A stretch of DNA of 64,000 bases from Candidatus Omnitrophota bacterium (GCA_017993955.1 JAGOLR010000001.1:15876-79875), one strand, 5' to 3'; counted from the first letter of the stretch, positions 10,901-20,331 are shown. A program made the numbers and translations. Notes: generated by a model from the sequence alone, not told the origin.

Positions 10901-10935
10901 TCCTAAAAGATACCCCACGTCGTTTTCGTGGGGTA
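10901..10935 (-). terminator. Putative attenuator/terminator hairpin between rplT and pheS
   Basis: Perfect hairpin TACCCCACG(tcgtttt)CGTGGGGTA with U-rich flanks on both strands. The position mirrors the pheST leader attenuator of other bacteria. Confidence 0.35.
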
Positions 10936-10977
10936 TGGCTTTTTATTCCCCACACAATATAAATGCGGGGATATTGA

Positions 10978-11325
10978 TTAAGCCTTTACGGCTTCTACTA
11001 TCTTGGCAAACGCCTTCATATCCGATACCGCAAGCTCGGATAGTATTTTTCTATCAAGCGCTATCTTGGCTTTTCCCAATCCGTAGATGAATTTGGAATA
11101 GGATATGCCGCACTCTCTGCAGCCGGCATTTATTCTGGCTATCCACAGACTGCGGAAATTACGCTTGTTCTGCTTCCTGTCGCGGTAACTGTAATACATG
11201 CCCTTTTGGACAGATTCTTTTGCCCTTCGGTACATCCTGGATCTGCCTCCGAACTGGCCTTCGGCTTTTTTCAATACTCTTTTACGGTGCCGCCTTGTAG
11301 CAACGGCATGTTTGACTTTCGGCAT
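10978..11325 (-). CDS. rplT: 50S ribosomal protein L20
   Basis: 115 aa, basic, starting MPKVKHAVATRRHRKRVLK. Confidence 0.92.
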   Translation of the reverse strand: MPKVKHAVATRRHRKRVLKKAEGQFGGRSRMYRRAKESVQKGMYYSYRDRKQNKRNFRSLWIARINAGCRECGISYSKFIYGLGKAKIALDRKILSELAVSDMKAFAKIVEAVKA

Positions 11326-11407
11326 AACTCCTCCTAAGATTTGCGTTCAAATTATACCCTGCGGCCGCGACGCAAATAAGCTGCCACAGGATCTTCTGTT
11401 CCTGCTT

Positions 11408-11608
11408 CTAGGCCCCGTAGGGCAGCAAAAGCTTCATTATCTTTTTTTCGGCGCTCGATACATAAGTAGGTCTGCGTAAACGCCTTTTCCTGTTCGCGTT
11501 CTTTGTCGTCAATAGGTGGCCTTTTGTGGCTTTGAAGTGTTTTATCTTCCCGGATTTTGTTACGCGCATCCTTTTCCGGACGCTTCTGTTTGATTTTAGC
11601 TTAGGCAT
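11408..11608 (-). CDS. rpmI: 50S ribosomal protein L35
   Basis: 66 aa, starting MPKLKSNRSVRKR. Confidence 0.9.
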   Translation of the reverse strand: MPKLKSNRSVRKRMRVTKSGKIKHFKATKGHLLTTKNANRKRRLRRPTYVSSAEKKIMKLLLPYGA

Positions 11609-11675
11609 TTCATCTCCCCCGTTATAGACATGTCAAATAAATTCGAAATCCTAATATCGAAATCCGAAATATAAT

Positions 11676-12185
11676 TTACTTTGCTCTTATAACCATCGCG
11701 ATGATGCGGCCTTCGAGTTTCGGCGGCTCTTCTATCTCGCCTACTACCGAAACGTCTTTGGCAAGCCTGTCCAGGATCTGACGGCCAAGGTCCTGGTGAG
11801 ACATCTCTCTTCCCCTGAACATCATCGTCACCTTGACTTTGTCGCCTCTCTTCAGAAACTCTTCCAGATTCCGGAGCTTGAACTGGTAATCGTGCTCGCC
11901 TATCTTCGGCCCCATCCTGATCTCTTTTATGTGTATGACCTTCTGTTTTTTTCGCGCCTCTTTTTCGCGTTTTTCCTGTTCATACTTATAACGCGAATAG
12001 TCCATGATCCTGCATACGGGTGGATTTGATGTCGGCGCTACTTCTACAAGGTCATAACCGGCCTCCTCGGCCCGCTTTATCGCATCCTGTGTCTGCAGCA
12101 CACCGAGTTGCTCGCCGTTTTCGCCTATTACTCGGACTTCCCTTACTCTGATACGATTGTTTATTCTAAGGTCTTTCGTTGCGAT
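11676..12185 (-). CDS. infC: Translation initiation factor IF-3, with probable non-AUG (ATC or ATA) start
   Basis: The ORF track gives only 141 aa from an internal GTG. The same frame continues upstream as IATKDLRINNRIRVREVRVIGENGEQLGV, which aligns with IF3 N-termini. There is no ATG, and the frame is bounded by a TGA at 12195-12197. ATC at 12183-12185 or ATA at 12162-12164 is the likely start. Confidence 0.8.
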   Translation of the reverse strand: MATKDLRINNRIRVREVRVIGENGEQLGVLQTQDAIKRAEEAGYDLVEVAPTSNPPVCRIMDYSRYKYEQEKREKEARKKQKVIHIKEIRMGPKIGEHDYQFKLRNLEEFLKRGDKVKVTMMFRGREMSHQDLGRQILDRLAKDVSVVGEIEEPPKLEGRIIAMVIRAK

Positions 12186-12189
12186 GCTC

Positions 12190-13905
12190 TCACCTCACTT
12201 TCTCTTGCACTTCTCTTTTAAGCATTTGAATAAAGTCCTCTAAACGTAATTTCCCTATGTCTCCTTGCGCCTTTGACCTGACCGATATGGAGTTCTCGAC
12301 CGCTTCCGTCTCTCCAAGTATTACCATATACGGGATCTTTTCCATCTCGGCGTCGCGTATCTTCTTCTGAAGCCTCTCGTTTCGCGCGTCAAAGTTTACG
12401 CGTATGCCCTGATCCAATAAAACTTTTTCCACATGCCTTGCGTAATTGATGCCGCGTTCCGAAACAGGTATTATGATAACCTGGGTAGGCGCAAGCCACA
12501 AAGGCATGGCCCCTGCGAAGTGCTCTATAAGGGCGCCGGTAAAGCGCTCAACCGAACCCAATATAACTCTATGAAGCATGATAGGCCTGTACTCTTTCCC
12601 GTCGGGGCCTACATATGTAAGGTTGAACCTCTCGGGGAGTGCAAAATCGCATTGTATGGTAGCGCATTGCCATTCCCTCCTCAGGGCATCGCGTAATTTT
12701 ATATCTATCTTCGGCCCGTAGAATGCGCCCTCTCCTTCGTTTATCTCGAAATTCAGATATTTCTTCTTGAGGGCATTTATCAATGCGCTCTGGGCGGCCT
12801 CCCAGTCTTCGTCATTTCCTATAGACTTGGCCGGACGCGTGGAAAGTTCCACGGCAAAGTCTTCGAAACCGAATACGTTTAAAGTGTCTATGACAAAATC
12901 TATCACCTTGACGATCTCGTCCTCAACCTGTTCTCTAAGACAGAATATGTGCGCGTCATCCTGAGTAAAGCCGCGGACCCTGAGAAGGCCGTGTAATACC
13001 CCGGACTTCTCATTACGGTAAACGGTGCCTAACTCAAAATATCTTATGGGCATCTCTCTATAGCTGCGGGTTTTCGATTTATAAACGAGTATATGGCCCG
13101 GGCAGTTCATGGGTTTTATGGCGTATTCCTGCCCTTCTATCTTGAACATGTACATGTTCTCTTTATAATAATCGTAGTGGCCCGACGTTATCCAGATGTC
13201 GCTCTTCATGATGTGCGGCCCTATCACCAATTCGTACCCGCGCTTCAGATGCTCTTTTTTTATGTAGTCCTCGATGAGCATCCTTAGCATCGCCCCTTTA
13301 GGATGATAAAGGACCAGGCCCGGGCCAACTTCTTCGTTCTGGCTGAAATAGCCCAGTTGCTTGCCCAGTATTCTGTGGTCGCGCTTTTTCGCTTCTTCTA
13401 TTATCAATAGATAATCGTTCAATTCCTCCTCGGTCTCGAACGCAGTACCATATATCCTTTGCAACATGGGGTTTGTCTCTATCCCGTGCCAATACGCCCC
13501 GGCTACGGCTAAAAGCTTGAAGGCCTTTATCTGCCCGGTGGATTCTACGTGAGGCCCGCGGCAAAGATCGGTAAAATCGCCGTCTTTGTATACACTCACC
13601 ACCTGGTCCGGTATCTCTTTTATCAATTCCAGCTTATATTTCTCCCCGAGCTTTTTAAATACCTTCACCGCGTCGGCTTTTTTCATCTCCGAGCGCTCGA
13701 ATTTATAATTACGGGCTATGATTTCGGACATCTTCTCTTCTATCTTGTCTAGATCTTCGGCTGTAAACGGCTCTTCTCTGTCGAAATCATAATAAAACCC
13801 GTCTTCTATAGCCGGGCCTATGCCGAGCTTTACGTCGGGCCAGAGGCTCTTGACCGCGTGCGCCATCACATGTGAAGCGCTGTGTCTTAATGTCGATAGG
13901 TCCAT
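12190..13905 (-). CDS. thrS: Threonine--tRNA ligase, short form lacking the N-terminal TGS domain
   Basis: 571 aa. It begins at the editing-domain HxxxH motif (RHSASHVMAHAV). A class II core and an anticodon-binding domain are present. There is no room upstream for an extension, because the tRNA starts 15 nt away. Confidence 0.88.
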   Translation of the reverse strand: MDLSTLRHSASHVMAHAVKSLWPDVKLGIGPAIEDGFYYDFDREEPFTAEDLDKIEEKMSEIIARNYKFERSEMKKADAVKVFKKLGEKYKLELIKEIPDQVVSVYKDGDFTDLCRGPHVESTGQIKAFKLLAVAGAYWHGIETNPMLQRIYGTAFETEEELNDYLLIIEEAKKRDHRILGKQLGYFSQNEEVGPGLVLYHPKGAMLRMLIEDYIKKEHLKRGYELVIGPHIMKSDIWITSGHYDYYKENMYMFKIEGQEYAIKPMNCPGHILVYKSKTRSYREMPIRYFELGTVYRNEKSGVLHGLLRVRGFTQDDAHIFCLREQVEDEIVKVIDFVIDTLNVFGFEDFAVELSTRPAKSIGNDEDWEAAQSALINALKKKYLNFEINEGEGAFYGPKIDIKLRDALRREWQCATIQCDFALPERFNLTYVGPDGKEYRPIMLHRVILGSVERFTGALIEHFAGAMPLWLAPTQVIIIPVSERGINYARHVEKVLLDQGIRVNFDARNERLQKKIRDAEMEKIPYMVILGETEAVENSISVRSKAQGDIGKLRLEDFIQMLKREVQEKVR

Positions 13906-13919
13906 ATATTTTCTTTCTT

Positions 13920-14005
13920 TGGTGGGCGAGGAGGGAGTTGAACCCTCAAGACCTTACGGCCAAAGGATTTTAAATCCTTCGTGTATGCCATTCCACCACT
14001 CGCCC
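13920..14005 (-). tRNA. tRNA-Leu (anticodon UAA), type II with long variable arm
   Basis: The reverse complement folds as GGGCGAG..CTCGCCC acceptor. Anticodon stem AAGGA/TCCTT with loop TTTAAAA gives anticodon TAA. T-arm GAGGG-TTCAACT-CCCTC. CCA is encoded. Confidence 0.8.
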
Positions 14006-14020
14006 ATAATACCGTGGAAG

Positions 14021-14097
14021 TGGTGGGCAGTAGAGGACTCGAACCTCTGACCCCCACGATGTCAACGTGGTGCGCTAACCAACTGCGCTAACTGCCC
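14021..14097 (-). tRNA. tRNA-Val (anticodon GAC)
   Basis: Reverse complement: acceptor GGGCAGT..ACTGCCC, D-arm GCGC-AGTTGGTTA-GCGC, anticodon loop TTGACAT, T-arm AGAGG-TTCGAGT-CCTCT, then CCA. Confidence 0.85.
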
Positions 14098-14328
14098 TAG
14101 CAATTTTCTCCGAAAATTGCACCCCAGAGGGGATTAAATGTTTTGTATTTTTGCTATCATTAGGCAAAAATACAAAACTAAAGAGTCCCGATGGGAAAAT
14201 GCCGATTCAAAAACCCAGTGCTTAATTTATTGCCCCTCGGCTAAGCGCTCGATAATTTTCTCCGCTCCGCGTCGAAAATTATCTTCGCAGCCTTCGGGGC
14301 ATTTGCCTCCCCGTACGCGAAAGCAGAT

Positions 14329-14403
14329 TGGAGGCGCGGAGCGGAATTGAACCGCTGAATAGGAGTTTTGCAGACTCCCGCCTTACCTCTTGGCTACCGC
14401 GCC
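14329..14403 (-). tRNA. tRNA-Cys (anticodon GCA)
   Basis: Reverse complement: acceptor GGCGCGG..CCGCGCC, discriminator U, anticodon stem GGAGT/ACTCC with loop CTGCAAA, T-arm AGCGG-TTCAATT-CCGCT, then CCA. It overlaps the 3' end of the upstream ORF by about 21 nt. Confidence 0.75.
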
Positions 14404-14871
14404 GCGATCCTTACGTAATAATTCTAAAGAGCCGTTAACTTTAAGTACATGACTTCCTAAACGAGCATGGTTGGATTCCGTATCCCGTATTATCACTGAG
14501 TCCCCGGGCGAAGACTTGCTCAACCCTGCCGTGTACTCGTAACCGGAGCCGTTCTTTTGAATAGAGCCTTTAAGCGATGGACAATAAAAAAATCTTTCAT
14601 CTTTCGCATACGCAGGATATAGATCATATAGCCTGGCCGGGAAATCCCCGTTGTGGTCCGCGGCATACCTGTGGATGCCCAGGCTGAGCTGCCTTATATT
14701 GCTGGAACAATTAACTATTCCGGCCCAATCCTTTGCAATATGTATAAAGGGAGCTAGCGCCGTTAAAACCACTAAAAATATGACTACAACTATAGCAAGC
14801 TCTAATAAAGTAAAGGCCTTACTGTATCGAAACCCATATAAACGGCCGATTTTCTTGTCCACGAGGTGCAT
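14383..14871 (-). CDS. Prepilin-type N-terminal cleavage/methylation domain protein (DUF1559-like pseudopilin)
   Basis: 162 aa. It has a leader followed by the hydrophobic helix KAFTLLELAIVVVIFLVVL. The C-terminal region resembles the H-X9-DG/DUF1559 proteins abundant in Planctomycetes and Verrucomicrobia. Confidence 0.55.
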   Translation of the reverse strand: MHLVDKKIGRLYGFRYSKAFTLLELAIVVVIFLVVLTALAPFIHIAKDWAGIVNCSSNIRQLSLGIHRYAADHNGDFPARLYDLYPAYAKDERFFYCPSLKGSIQKNGSGYEYTAGLSKSSPGDSVIIRDTESNHARLGSHVLKVNGSLELLRKDRGAVAKR

Positions 14872-14908
14872 AGCCTGCCTATCATATTATATATATATGG
14901 AAATAAGA

Positions 14909-15553
14909 CTATATATTAAAACTTAAAACCTTGTCAAGAATAATCTTTGCGAGAGAGCCCTTTGTCTTGCCTACATACGTTTTTATGCCGCCATTCCGGT
15001 CGATAATAGCTATATTGGTTCGAACGGCTCCAAAAACATTCGATTTTACACTCAGTTCGTTAGCTACTATTATGTCAAGATTCTTTTCCCTTAACTTTTT
15101 CGTTGCATGGCCAACCATATTATCAGTTTCTAAGGCAAAACCCACGACAATCTTAGATCCTTTGCTGGTTCCTATCTCGGATAATATGTCCGGATTTGGT
15201 ATTAATTTTAAAATTAAAGGCGAAGTCTTTCTCTTTATCTTAAAACCGGAAGGCGCTGCTACGCGCCAATCTGATACTGCCGCTGACATTATAAGGCATG
15301 TATGAGTGCGAAACTCGCGCTTTACGGCCTCCAGCATCTCCAAGGCGCTCTCAACTCTTATAAAACGTATGCCACAGCCGGAAGGCGGCTCTATATGAGT
15401 AGGGCCGCTTATAAGGGTAGTTTTAAAACCTCTTTTGGCCGCTTCTTTAGCTATTATATACCCGAAAGTTCCGGTAGAATAATTGGAGATAAACCTGACG
15501 GGGTCTATTCGTTCTCTTGTCGGCCCTGCTGTAACAAGAAATGACGGCTTCAC
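14909..15553 (-). CDS. coaB: Phosphopantothenate--cysteine ligase (CoaB domain as a separate ORF)
   Basis: 214 aa, starting MKPSFLVTAGPTRERIDPVRFISNYSTGTFG, which matches the Dfp C-terminal half. Its start overlaps the upstream stop by 4 nt. Confidence 0.8.
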   Translation of the reverse strand: MKPSFLVTAGPTRERIDPVRFISNYSTGTFGYIIAKEAAKRGFKTTLISGPTHIEPPSGCGIRFIRVESALEMLEAVKREFRTHTCLIMSAAVSDWRVAAPSGFKIKRKTSPLILKLIPNPDILSEIGTSKGSKIVVGFALETDNMVGHATKKLREKNLDIIVANELSVKSNVFGAVRTNIAIIDRNGGIKTYVGKTKGSLAKIILDKVLSFNI

Positions 15554-16095
15554 TTGGTAAGCCTCTTTATTTCCTCTACTATATCACTTGCGGAAGCCAA
15601 GCAACCGATCGCATCGCGACCGCACGCGAGCCTGCCTTTGGCCGGAGATATGAATTTATATCCTATCTTTTTAAGTTTTTTTATGTTTTCCTGGGTAATG
15701 GCATGATTATACATGCGATCGTTCATGGCCGGTGCGATCAGGATGTCCGCATCGGTAGCGTAAACAACACAGGTCAAGAGATCGTCGCATATCCCATTTG
15801 CGAGCTTGCCTATTACGTTAGCTGTTGCCGGAGCTATAAGAATCACATCCGCCTTATCAGCCAAAGACGTATGAAGCGGACTCCATTCTTCTGGAAGCTC
15901 AAACATGTCTGTCAAGACCTTGTTGCGCGATAACGTTTGCAGCGAAAGGGGTGTAATAAAATGGCGCGCCTCTTCTGTAAGTATGGCTTGGGTATCCATG
16001 TTTTCTTTGTTAAGCATACTAAGTATATCGCAAGCTTTGTAAGCGGCTATGCTGCCGGTCACCCCTATTACGATAAAAGGCTTCGTCTTTCCCAC
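15550..16095 (-). CDS. coaC: Phosphopantothenoylcysteine decarboxylase flavoprotein (CoaC domain as a separate ORF)
   Basis: 181 aa with the flavoprotein fold (IVIGVTGSIAAYKA ... PAMNDRMY). Confidence 0.8.
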   Translation of the reverse strand: MGKTKPFIVIGVTGSIAAYKACDILSMLNKENMDTQAILTEEARHFITPLSLQTLSRNKVLTDMFELPEEWSPLHTSLADKADVILIAPATANVIGKLANGICDDLLTCVVYATDADILIAPAMNDRMYNHAITQENIKKLKKIGYKFISPAKGRLACGRDAIGCLASASDIVEEIKRLTK

Positions 16096-16096
16096 A

Positions 16097-16294
16097 TTAC
16101 TCCTGAGCTTTGTATGTAACCTTGCCCTCTATGATCTCTTGAAGAGCTATATTGATAGTCTTCTGGTCAACCGGTGCGTCGACCAGCTTCGCCGCCCCTT
16201 CGGAAAGCTCTATCGCCCGCCTTGCCGTCATGATCACAAGTTTATAAGCGCTGCCTGTTTTGTCGATCAATCTATCTATCCCTATGTTTTGCAT
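16097..16294 (-). CDS. rpoZ: DNA-directed RNA polymerase subunit omega
   Basis: 65 aa with YKLVIMTARRAIEL, characteristic of RpoZ. It lies downstream of gmk, as in many bacteria. Confidence 0.8.
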   Translation of the reverse strand: MQNIGIDRLIDKTGSAYKLVIMTARRAIELSEGAAKLVDAPVDQKTINIALQEIIEGKVTYKAQE

Positions 16295-16896
16295 GATATA
16301 CTCCCTCTCTCCAGTTCTGAAGTAACGATATTTTTAAGCTTTCTATAAGCTTTATCTATTTTATCGTTTATTATTCTATAGTCGTAAGCGGTTTTGCAAG
16401 CCATCTCTTTTTTTGCGATCGCAAGCCGCGTTTTTATAGATTCACGGCTGTCCGCCATTCTTCCTTTAAGTCTTTTTGCTAGCGCCGCCATCGACGGTGG
16501 GAGTATAAATATAAGGACGGCTCTCTTGCGGTATAAACGGCGTACCTTCATGGCCCCCTTTACGTCGATACTTAATAAAACCGATATCCCGTTTGCCAGT
16601 TTCTCGTCTACAAATTTCCTGGGGGTCCCGTAAAGAAATCCGAAATTGTTCTCATGCTCCAGGAACCCTTTCGATCGGGCTATCTTAAGGAATTGGGCGC
16701 GGGTTACGAATTTGTAATCGACGCCGTCTTTTTCGCCGGGCCTGGGCGGGCGCGTCGTCATCGAAATAGAGTCGGCTAACCCCAAATCATCTTCGAGCAG
16801 TTTTTTACACAGAGTGGTCTTGCCGGCTCCGGAGGGCGCCGATACGACAAATATCTTTGCACGCGGTTTGCTTGATCTTACATGACTTGAAAGCAT
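16282..16896 (-). CDS. gmk: Guanylate kinase
   Basis: P-loop SAPSGAGKTTL and the SISMTTRPPRPGEKDGVDYKFV motif. Confidence 0.9.
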   Translation of the reverse strand: MLSSHVRSSKPRAKIFVVSAPSGAGKTTLCKKLLEDDLGLADSISMTTRPPRPGEKDGVDYKFVTRAQFLKIARSKGFLEHENNFGFLYGTPRKFVDEKLANGISVLLSIDVKGAMKVRRLYRKRAVLIFILPPSMAALAKRLKGRMADSRESIKTRLAIAKKEMACKTAYDYRIINDKIDKAYRKLKNIVTSELERGSISCKT

Positions 16897-16901
16897 CTTA
16901 C

Positions 16902-17780
16902 CTACTCGAGGTTCTTCGCCTGCTCGCGTATCTTCTCGATCTCCCCTTTTATCTCGATTACATGTTTGGATATCTTGAAGTCGCTTGCTTTGGAGCCTAT
17001 AGTGTTGGTTTCCCTGTGGAGCTCCTGGGCGATAAAATCGAGCTTCTTGCCTACCTCATCGTTAGCCGTGATGGTCTTGTCAAAATTTGCCAGGTGATTC
17101 TGGAGGCGCGTTATCTCTTCGGCTATGTCGCTATTTTTAGCGTAGATAGCTACTTCCATCTCCAGGCGCCCCATATTTATATCGTTGCCCCCCGTCAGAT
17201 CCCTGATCCTCTCGGCGAAACGTTTTCTGTACTCCTCAATATTCAGATGAGCCCTGGACCTGATGATGGCCAGCATAGCTTTTATATGCTTTGACCGCGT
17301 GGAAAGATCTTTATACAAAGACTTTCCTTCTTTTATCCGGTCCTTGAGAAGATTGGTAATAGCTGCCTCCAAGGCCTTCTTGACCTGCGGCCATAACTGA
17401 CCGGTGATTCTGCCCGCTGCGTCTACGCTCAATACGCCGGGGAGTACTATTATATCTTTTATAGAAATGGCCTCCTGTAACCCCAAAGACTTCTTCAGGG
17501 ACTTCAGCTCCTCGTAATACGCCCTGGCGGCGTCCCTGTTGATGCTGACCTTTTCCGCCTTAAAAAGCTTTCCATCACACACCATGTTCAGGCTGACCTT
17601 GCCGCGTTTGATATGCTTTTGCAATATCTCCTTGATATCGTCCTCGAACATCGCAAGGCCCGGGGGAAGTTTTAAAGTAGCATCAAAAAATTTGTGGTTG
17701 ACGGTCTTGATCTCGACGGCAATTGCGCCGCCGTCTATATTGGCATGCCCCCTGCCGAAGCCTGTCATCGATCGTATCAT
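16902..17780 (-). CDS. yicC: YicC-family protein (DUF1732)
   Basis: Starts MIRSMTGFGRG. Length 292 aa. The yicC-gmk-rpoZ order is conserved. Confidence 0.85.
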   Translation of the reverse strand: MIRSMTGFGRGHANIDGGAIAVEIKTVNHKFFDATLKLPPGLAMFEDDIKEILQKHIKRGKVSLNMVCDGKLFKAEKVSINRDAARAYYEELKSLKKSLGLQEAISIKDIIVLPGVLSVDAAGRITGQLWPQVKKALEAAITNLLKDRIKEGKSLYKDLSTRSKHIKAMLAIIRSRAHLNIEEYRKRFAERIRDLTGGNDINMGRLEMEVAIYAKNSDIAEEITRLQNHLANFDKTITANDEVGKKLDFIAQELHRETNTIGSKASDFKISKHVIEIKGEIEKIREQAKNLE

Positions 17781-17926
17781 CTTCGCCCCTTTTGTAGCAT
17801 CTTTAATTTAAAACGTAAAATGCAAAATTCAAAATTGTTGTGTCCTTCGGACCTGGATCTCCAGTAGCGCTTTAGCTTTTCGCTTTGATCTTTTCGCTTT
17901 ACACTAACATGTTGTTTTAAACTGAC

Positions 17927-18424
17927 TTACGCCCAGACCCGTCGGTCGCAAACCTCTTTTACCGTCTTAGAAGGATAAAGATCGAGTATTATATCGTCGG
18001 GCTGGAACCATAATTTTATTTCCCGCTCAGCCTCGGCCGGATTTGTAGAAGCGTGTATCACATTTTCATATACGCCCTTGGTGGTTATCCTGCCGTAAGC
18101 GCCGCGTATGGAAACCGAATCAGCCTCTTCCGGGTTAGTCGCCCCGCATATCTGGCGTATCTTGCTACAGGCGTCGTCGCCCCAATACACAAGTGCCATG
18201 ACCTTTTTCTTATGATATTCACCCATAAGATATTTCAGCAGGTCGTCAAAAAACGGCTTATCCTTTAACATGCTATAATGCTCTGCAGCCAGTTCGCGGG
18301 AAACTTTCACTATCTTTGCCGCTACTATATCCAGCTTAGTCTCTGAAAGGCGGGTTAGCACGTTGCCGGTCAGCGACTTTTTAAGCCCGTCCGGCTTTAT
18401 TAGAACTAACGTCTGTTGAACCAT
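17927..18424 (-). CDS. ndk: Nucleoside-diphosphate kinase (divergent)
   Basis: 165 aa with TLVLIKPDG and an NVIHAS active-site His region. Confidence 0.65.
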   Translation of the reverse strand: MVQQTLVLIKPDGLKKSLTGNVLTRLSETKLDIVAAKIVKVSRELAAEHYSMLKDKPFFDDLLKYLMGEYHKKKVMALVYWGDDACSKIRQICGATNPEEADSVSIRGAYGRITTKGVYENVIHASTNPAEAEREIKLWFQPDDIILDLYPSKTVKEVCDRRVWA

Positions 18425-18521
18425 AATATACTCTCCATATATTTATATATTAAGAATAGTAATGAATATTATATTGTAAACAATCGGGGGGATGGCCGTC
18501 AAGATATTTCGGCGGGTAGGT

Positions 18522-19385
18522 CTATTTTTTGGATTCCAGTATATCCAATATGCGGTTCAGGTCTTCGGTAGAATAATACTCTATCTGTATATGGCCTCTT
18601 TTTTTCCCGTGGAGTATCCTGACGCGCGTGCCGAGGATGCGCTGGAGAGTTTCTTCAATATCTACTATGCTTTGGTCTTTAAGAGGTTTGGGGCTTCCGA
18701 CATCTAAACGTTTTTTAACTATGCGGTTTTCCACTTCCCGCACGGAAAGACCTTTTTTCATTATCAGGTTGCACATCCTAAGCTGCTCTTTTTCCGACGA
18801 CAAAGCAAGAAGCGCTTTCGCATGGCCCGCGGTGATGCTCTCTTTGGCCAAAAAATCCTGTATCTTTTTCGGCAGCATCAAAAGCCGTAAAGTATTGGCT
18901 ACTGTAGAGCGGTCTTTGCCTAAAACTTGGGCAATTTTATCCTGAGTAAAATTAAAGTCTGTGATAAATTTTTGGAAAGAGTTGGCTTCCTCCAGCGGAT
19001 TAAGTTCGGCTCTCTGTATATTCTCGATCAGGGATATCTCGAGCATATCGAGATCGCCCACGTCTTTTATGATAGCGGGTATAGTATCATAACCAAGTTT
19101 GGACACGGCCCTCAGGCGACGCTCCCCGGCTATAAGCTCATAGCCGTCTGTGGCCTTCCGGACGAGAACAGGCTGAACCACGCCTTTCTCCCTTATAGAA
19201 TCCATGAGCTCTTTTAATTTATCCTGATTGAAATCAACCCTAGGCTGGTATTTATTGGCCTTGATGGAAGATATGGGCAACGAAACCACTGATTGGCCGG
19301 CGCTCGTAGAATCTATTGTTTGCACAACAGTCTCTTTTGGTGGTATTAAAGCGCTTAGGCCTTTTCCTAAAGATCTCTTTTCCAT
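18522..19385 (-). CDS. parB: Chromosome partitioning protein ParB/Spo0J
   Basis: ParB box (GERRLRA, helix-turn-helix). It lies downstream of parA. Confidence 0.88.
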   Translation of the reverse strand: MEKRSLGKGLSALIPPKETVVQTIDSTSAGQSVVSLPISSIKANKYQPRVDFNQDKLKELMDSIREKGVVQPVLVRKATDGYELIAGERRLRAVSKLGYDTIPAIIKDVGDLDMLEISLIENIQRAELNPLEEANSFQKFITDFNFTQDKIAQVLGKDRSTVANTLRLLMLPKKIQDFLAKESITAGHAKALLALSSEKEQLRMCNLIMKKGLSVREVENRIVKKRLDVGSPKPLKDQSIVDIEETLQRILGTRVRILHGKKRGHIQIEYYSTEDLNRILDILESKK

Positions 19386-19458
19386 AAATTAGTACGGCTC
19401 CTTTTTAGATTGCTCAGTCGGCCTTAGGCCGACGAAGCAATGACAAAACAATAACATT

Positions 19459-20331
19459 TTACACAGAATCCGCTATAGTATCGCTTAGTTTTTGTTCCTC
19501 AACTTTTCCTATTTCATTCTCGCCCAAATCGTTACCATTATTAACTGACTTTATAAAGTCGGTGCTAACTTTCTTATCACCCAAAAACTCATCTGTAAAT
19601 TCCTGATATTTTAATGCCCCGATAGAATGCTTATCATATAATGCAACGGGCTTACCGAACCCTGGAGCTTCTGTAAGTCTGATATTCCGCGGAATAACGG
19701 TATTATATACCTTATCTTTAAAAAATTTACGTACTTCATCAATCACTTCATTTGTAAGCTTGGTTCTAAAGTCAGCCATTGTGAGCAAAACGCCTTCGAT
19801 AGATAAGCCGGGATTAAGATTTTCTTTAACGAGATCTATGGTGCCTGAGAGCTGGCTTAAGCCTTCCAGGGCGTAGTACTCGCACTGGATAGGAATAAGG
19901 ACGGTATAGGCCGCCGAGAGCGCATTAATGGTTAATAATCCAAGCGATGGCGGGCAATCCATTATTATGAAATCGAAATTGCTAGATATGTGCGAAATGG
20001 CTTTTTTTAGACGGTATTCACGACCCATAGTACCGACGAGCTCGATCTCTGCGCCGGTCAGATTAAGATTTGATGGTATGAGCGAAAGATTTTCTATCGG
20101 AGTCTTGATAATTATATAGCTCGGGTCGGACTCCTCAACGAGAAGGTCATATACGCTAGACTTGATAGAGTGTTTATCTATACCGAGACCGCTTGTAGCA
20201 TTGCCCTGAGGATCGATGTCGATAAGGAGGACGCGCTTTCCAGAGATGGCAAGCGCTGTGGAGAGGTTGATGGCTGTCGTAGTTTTGCCGACACCACCTT
20301 TTTGATTACATATCGCGATTATTTTCGGCAT
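19459..20331 (-). CDS. parA: Chromosome partitioning ATPase ParA/Soj
   Basis: Deviant Walker A KGGVGKTTTAINL. Length 290 aa, with a C-terminal extension. Confidence 0.9.
   Translation of the reverse strand: MPKIIAICNQKGGVGKTTTAINLSTALAISGKRVLLIDIDPQGNATSGLGIDKHSIKSSVYDLLVEESDPSYIIIKTPIENLSLIPSNLNLTGAEIELVGTMGREYRLKKAISHISSNFDFIIMDCPPSLGLLTINALSAAYTVLIPIQCEYYALEGLSQLSGTIDLVKENLNPGLSIEGVLLTMADFRTKLTNEVIDEVRKFFKDKVYNTVIPRNIRLTEAPGFGKPVALYDKHSIGALKYQEFTDEFLGDKKVSTDFIKSVNNGNDLGENEIGKVEEQKLSDTIADSV

Noticed and set aside
14138-14350. 70-aa ORF between tRNA-Val(GAC) and tRNA-Cys
   Set aside because: It lies on the strand opposite the tRNA cluster, has no RBS and is low-complexity. It is likely a non-coding spacer.
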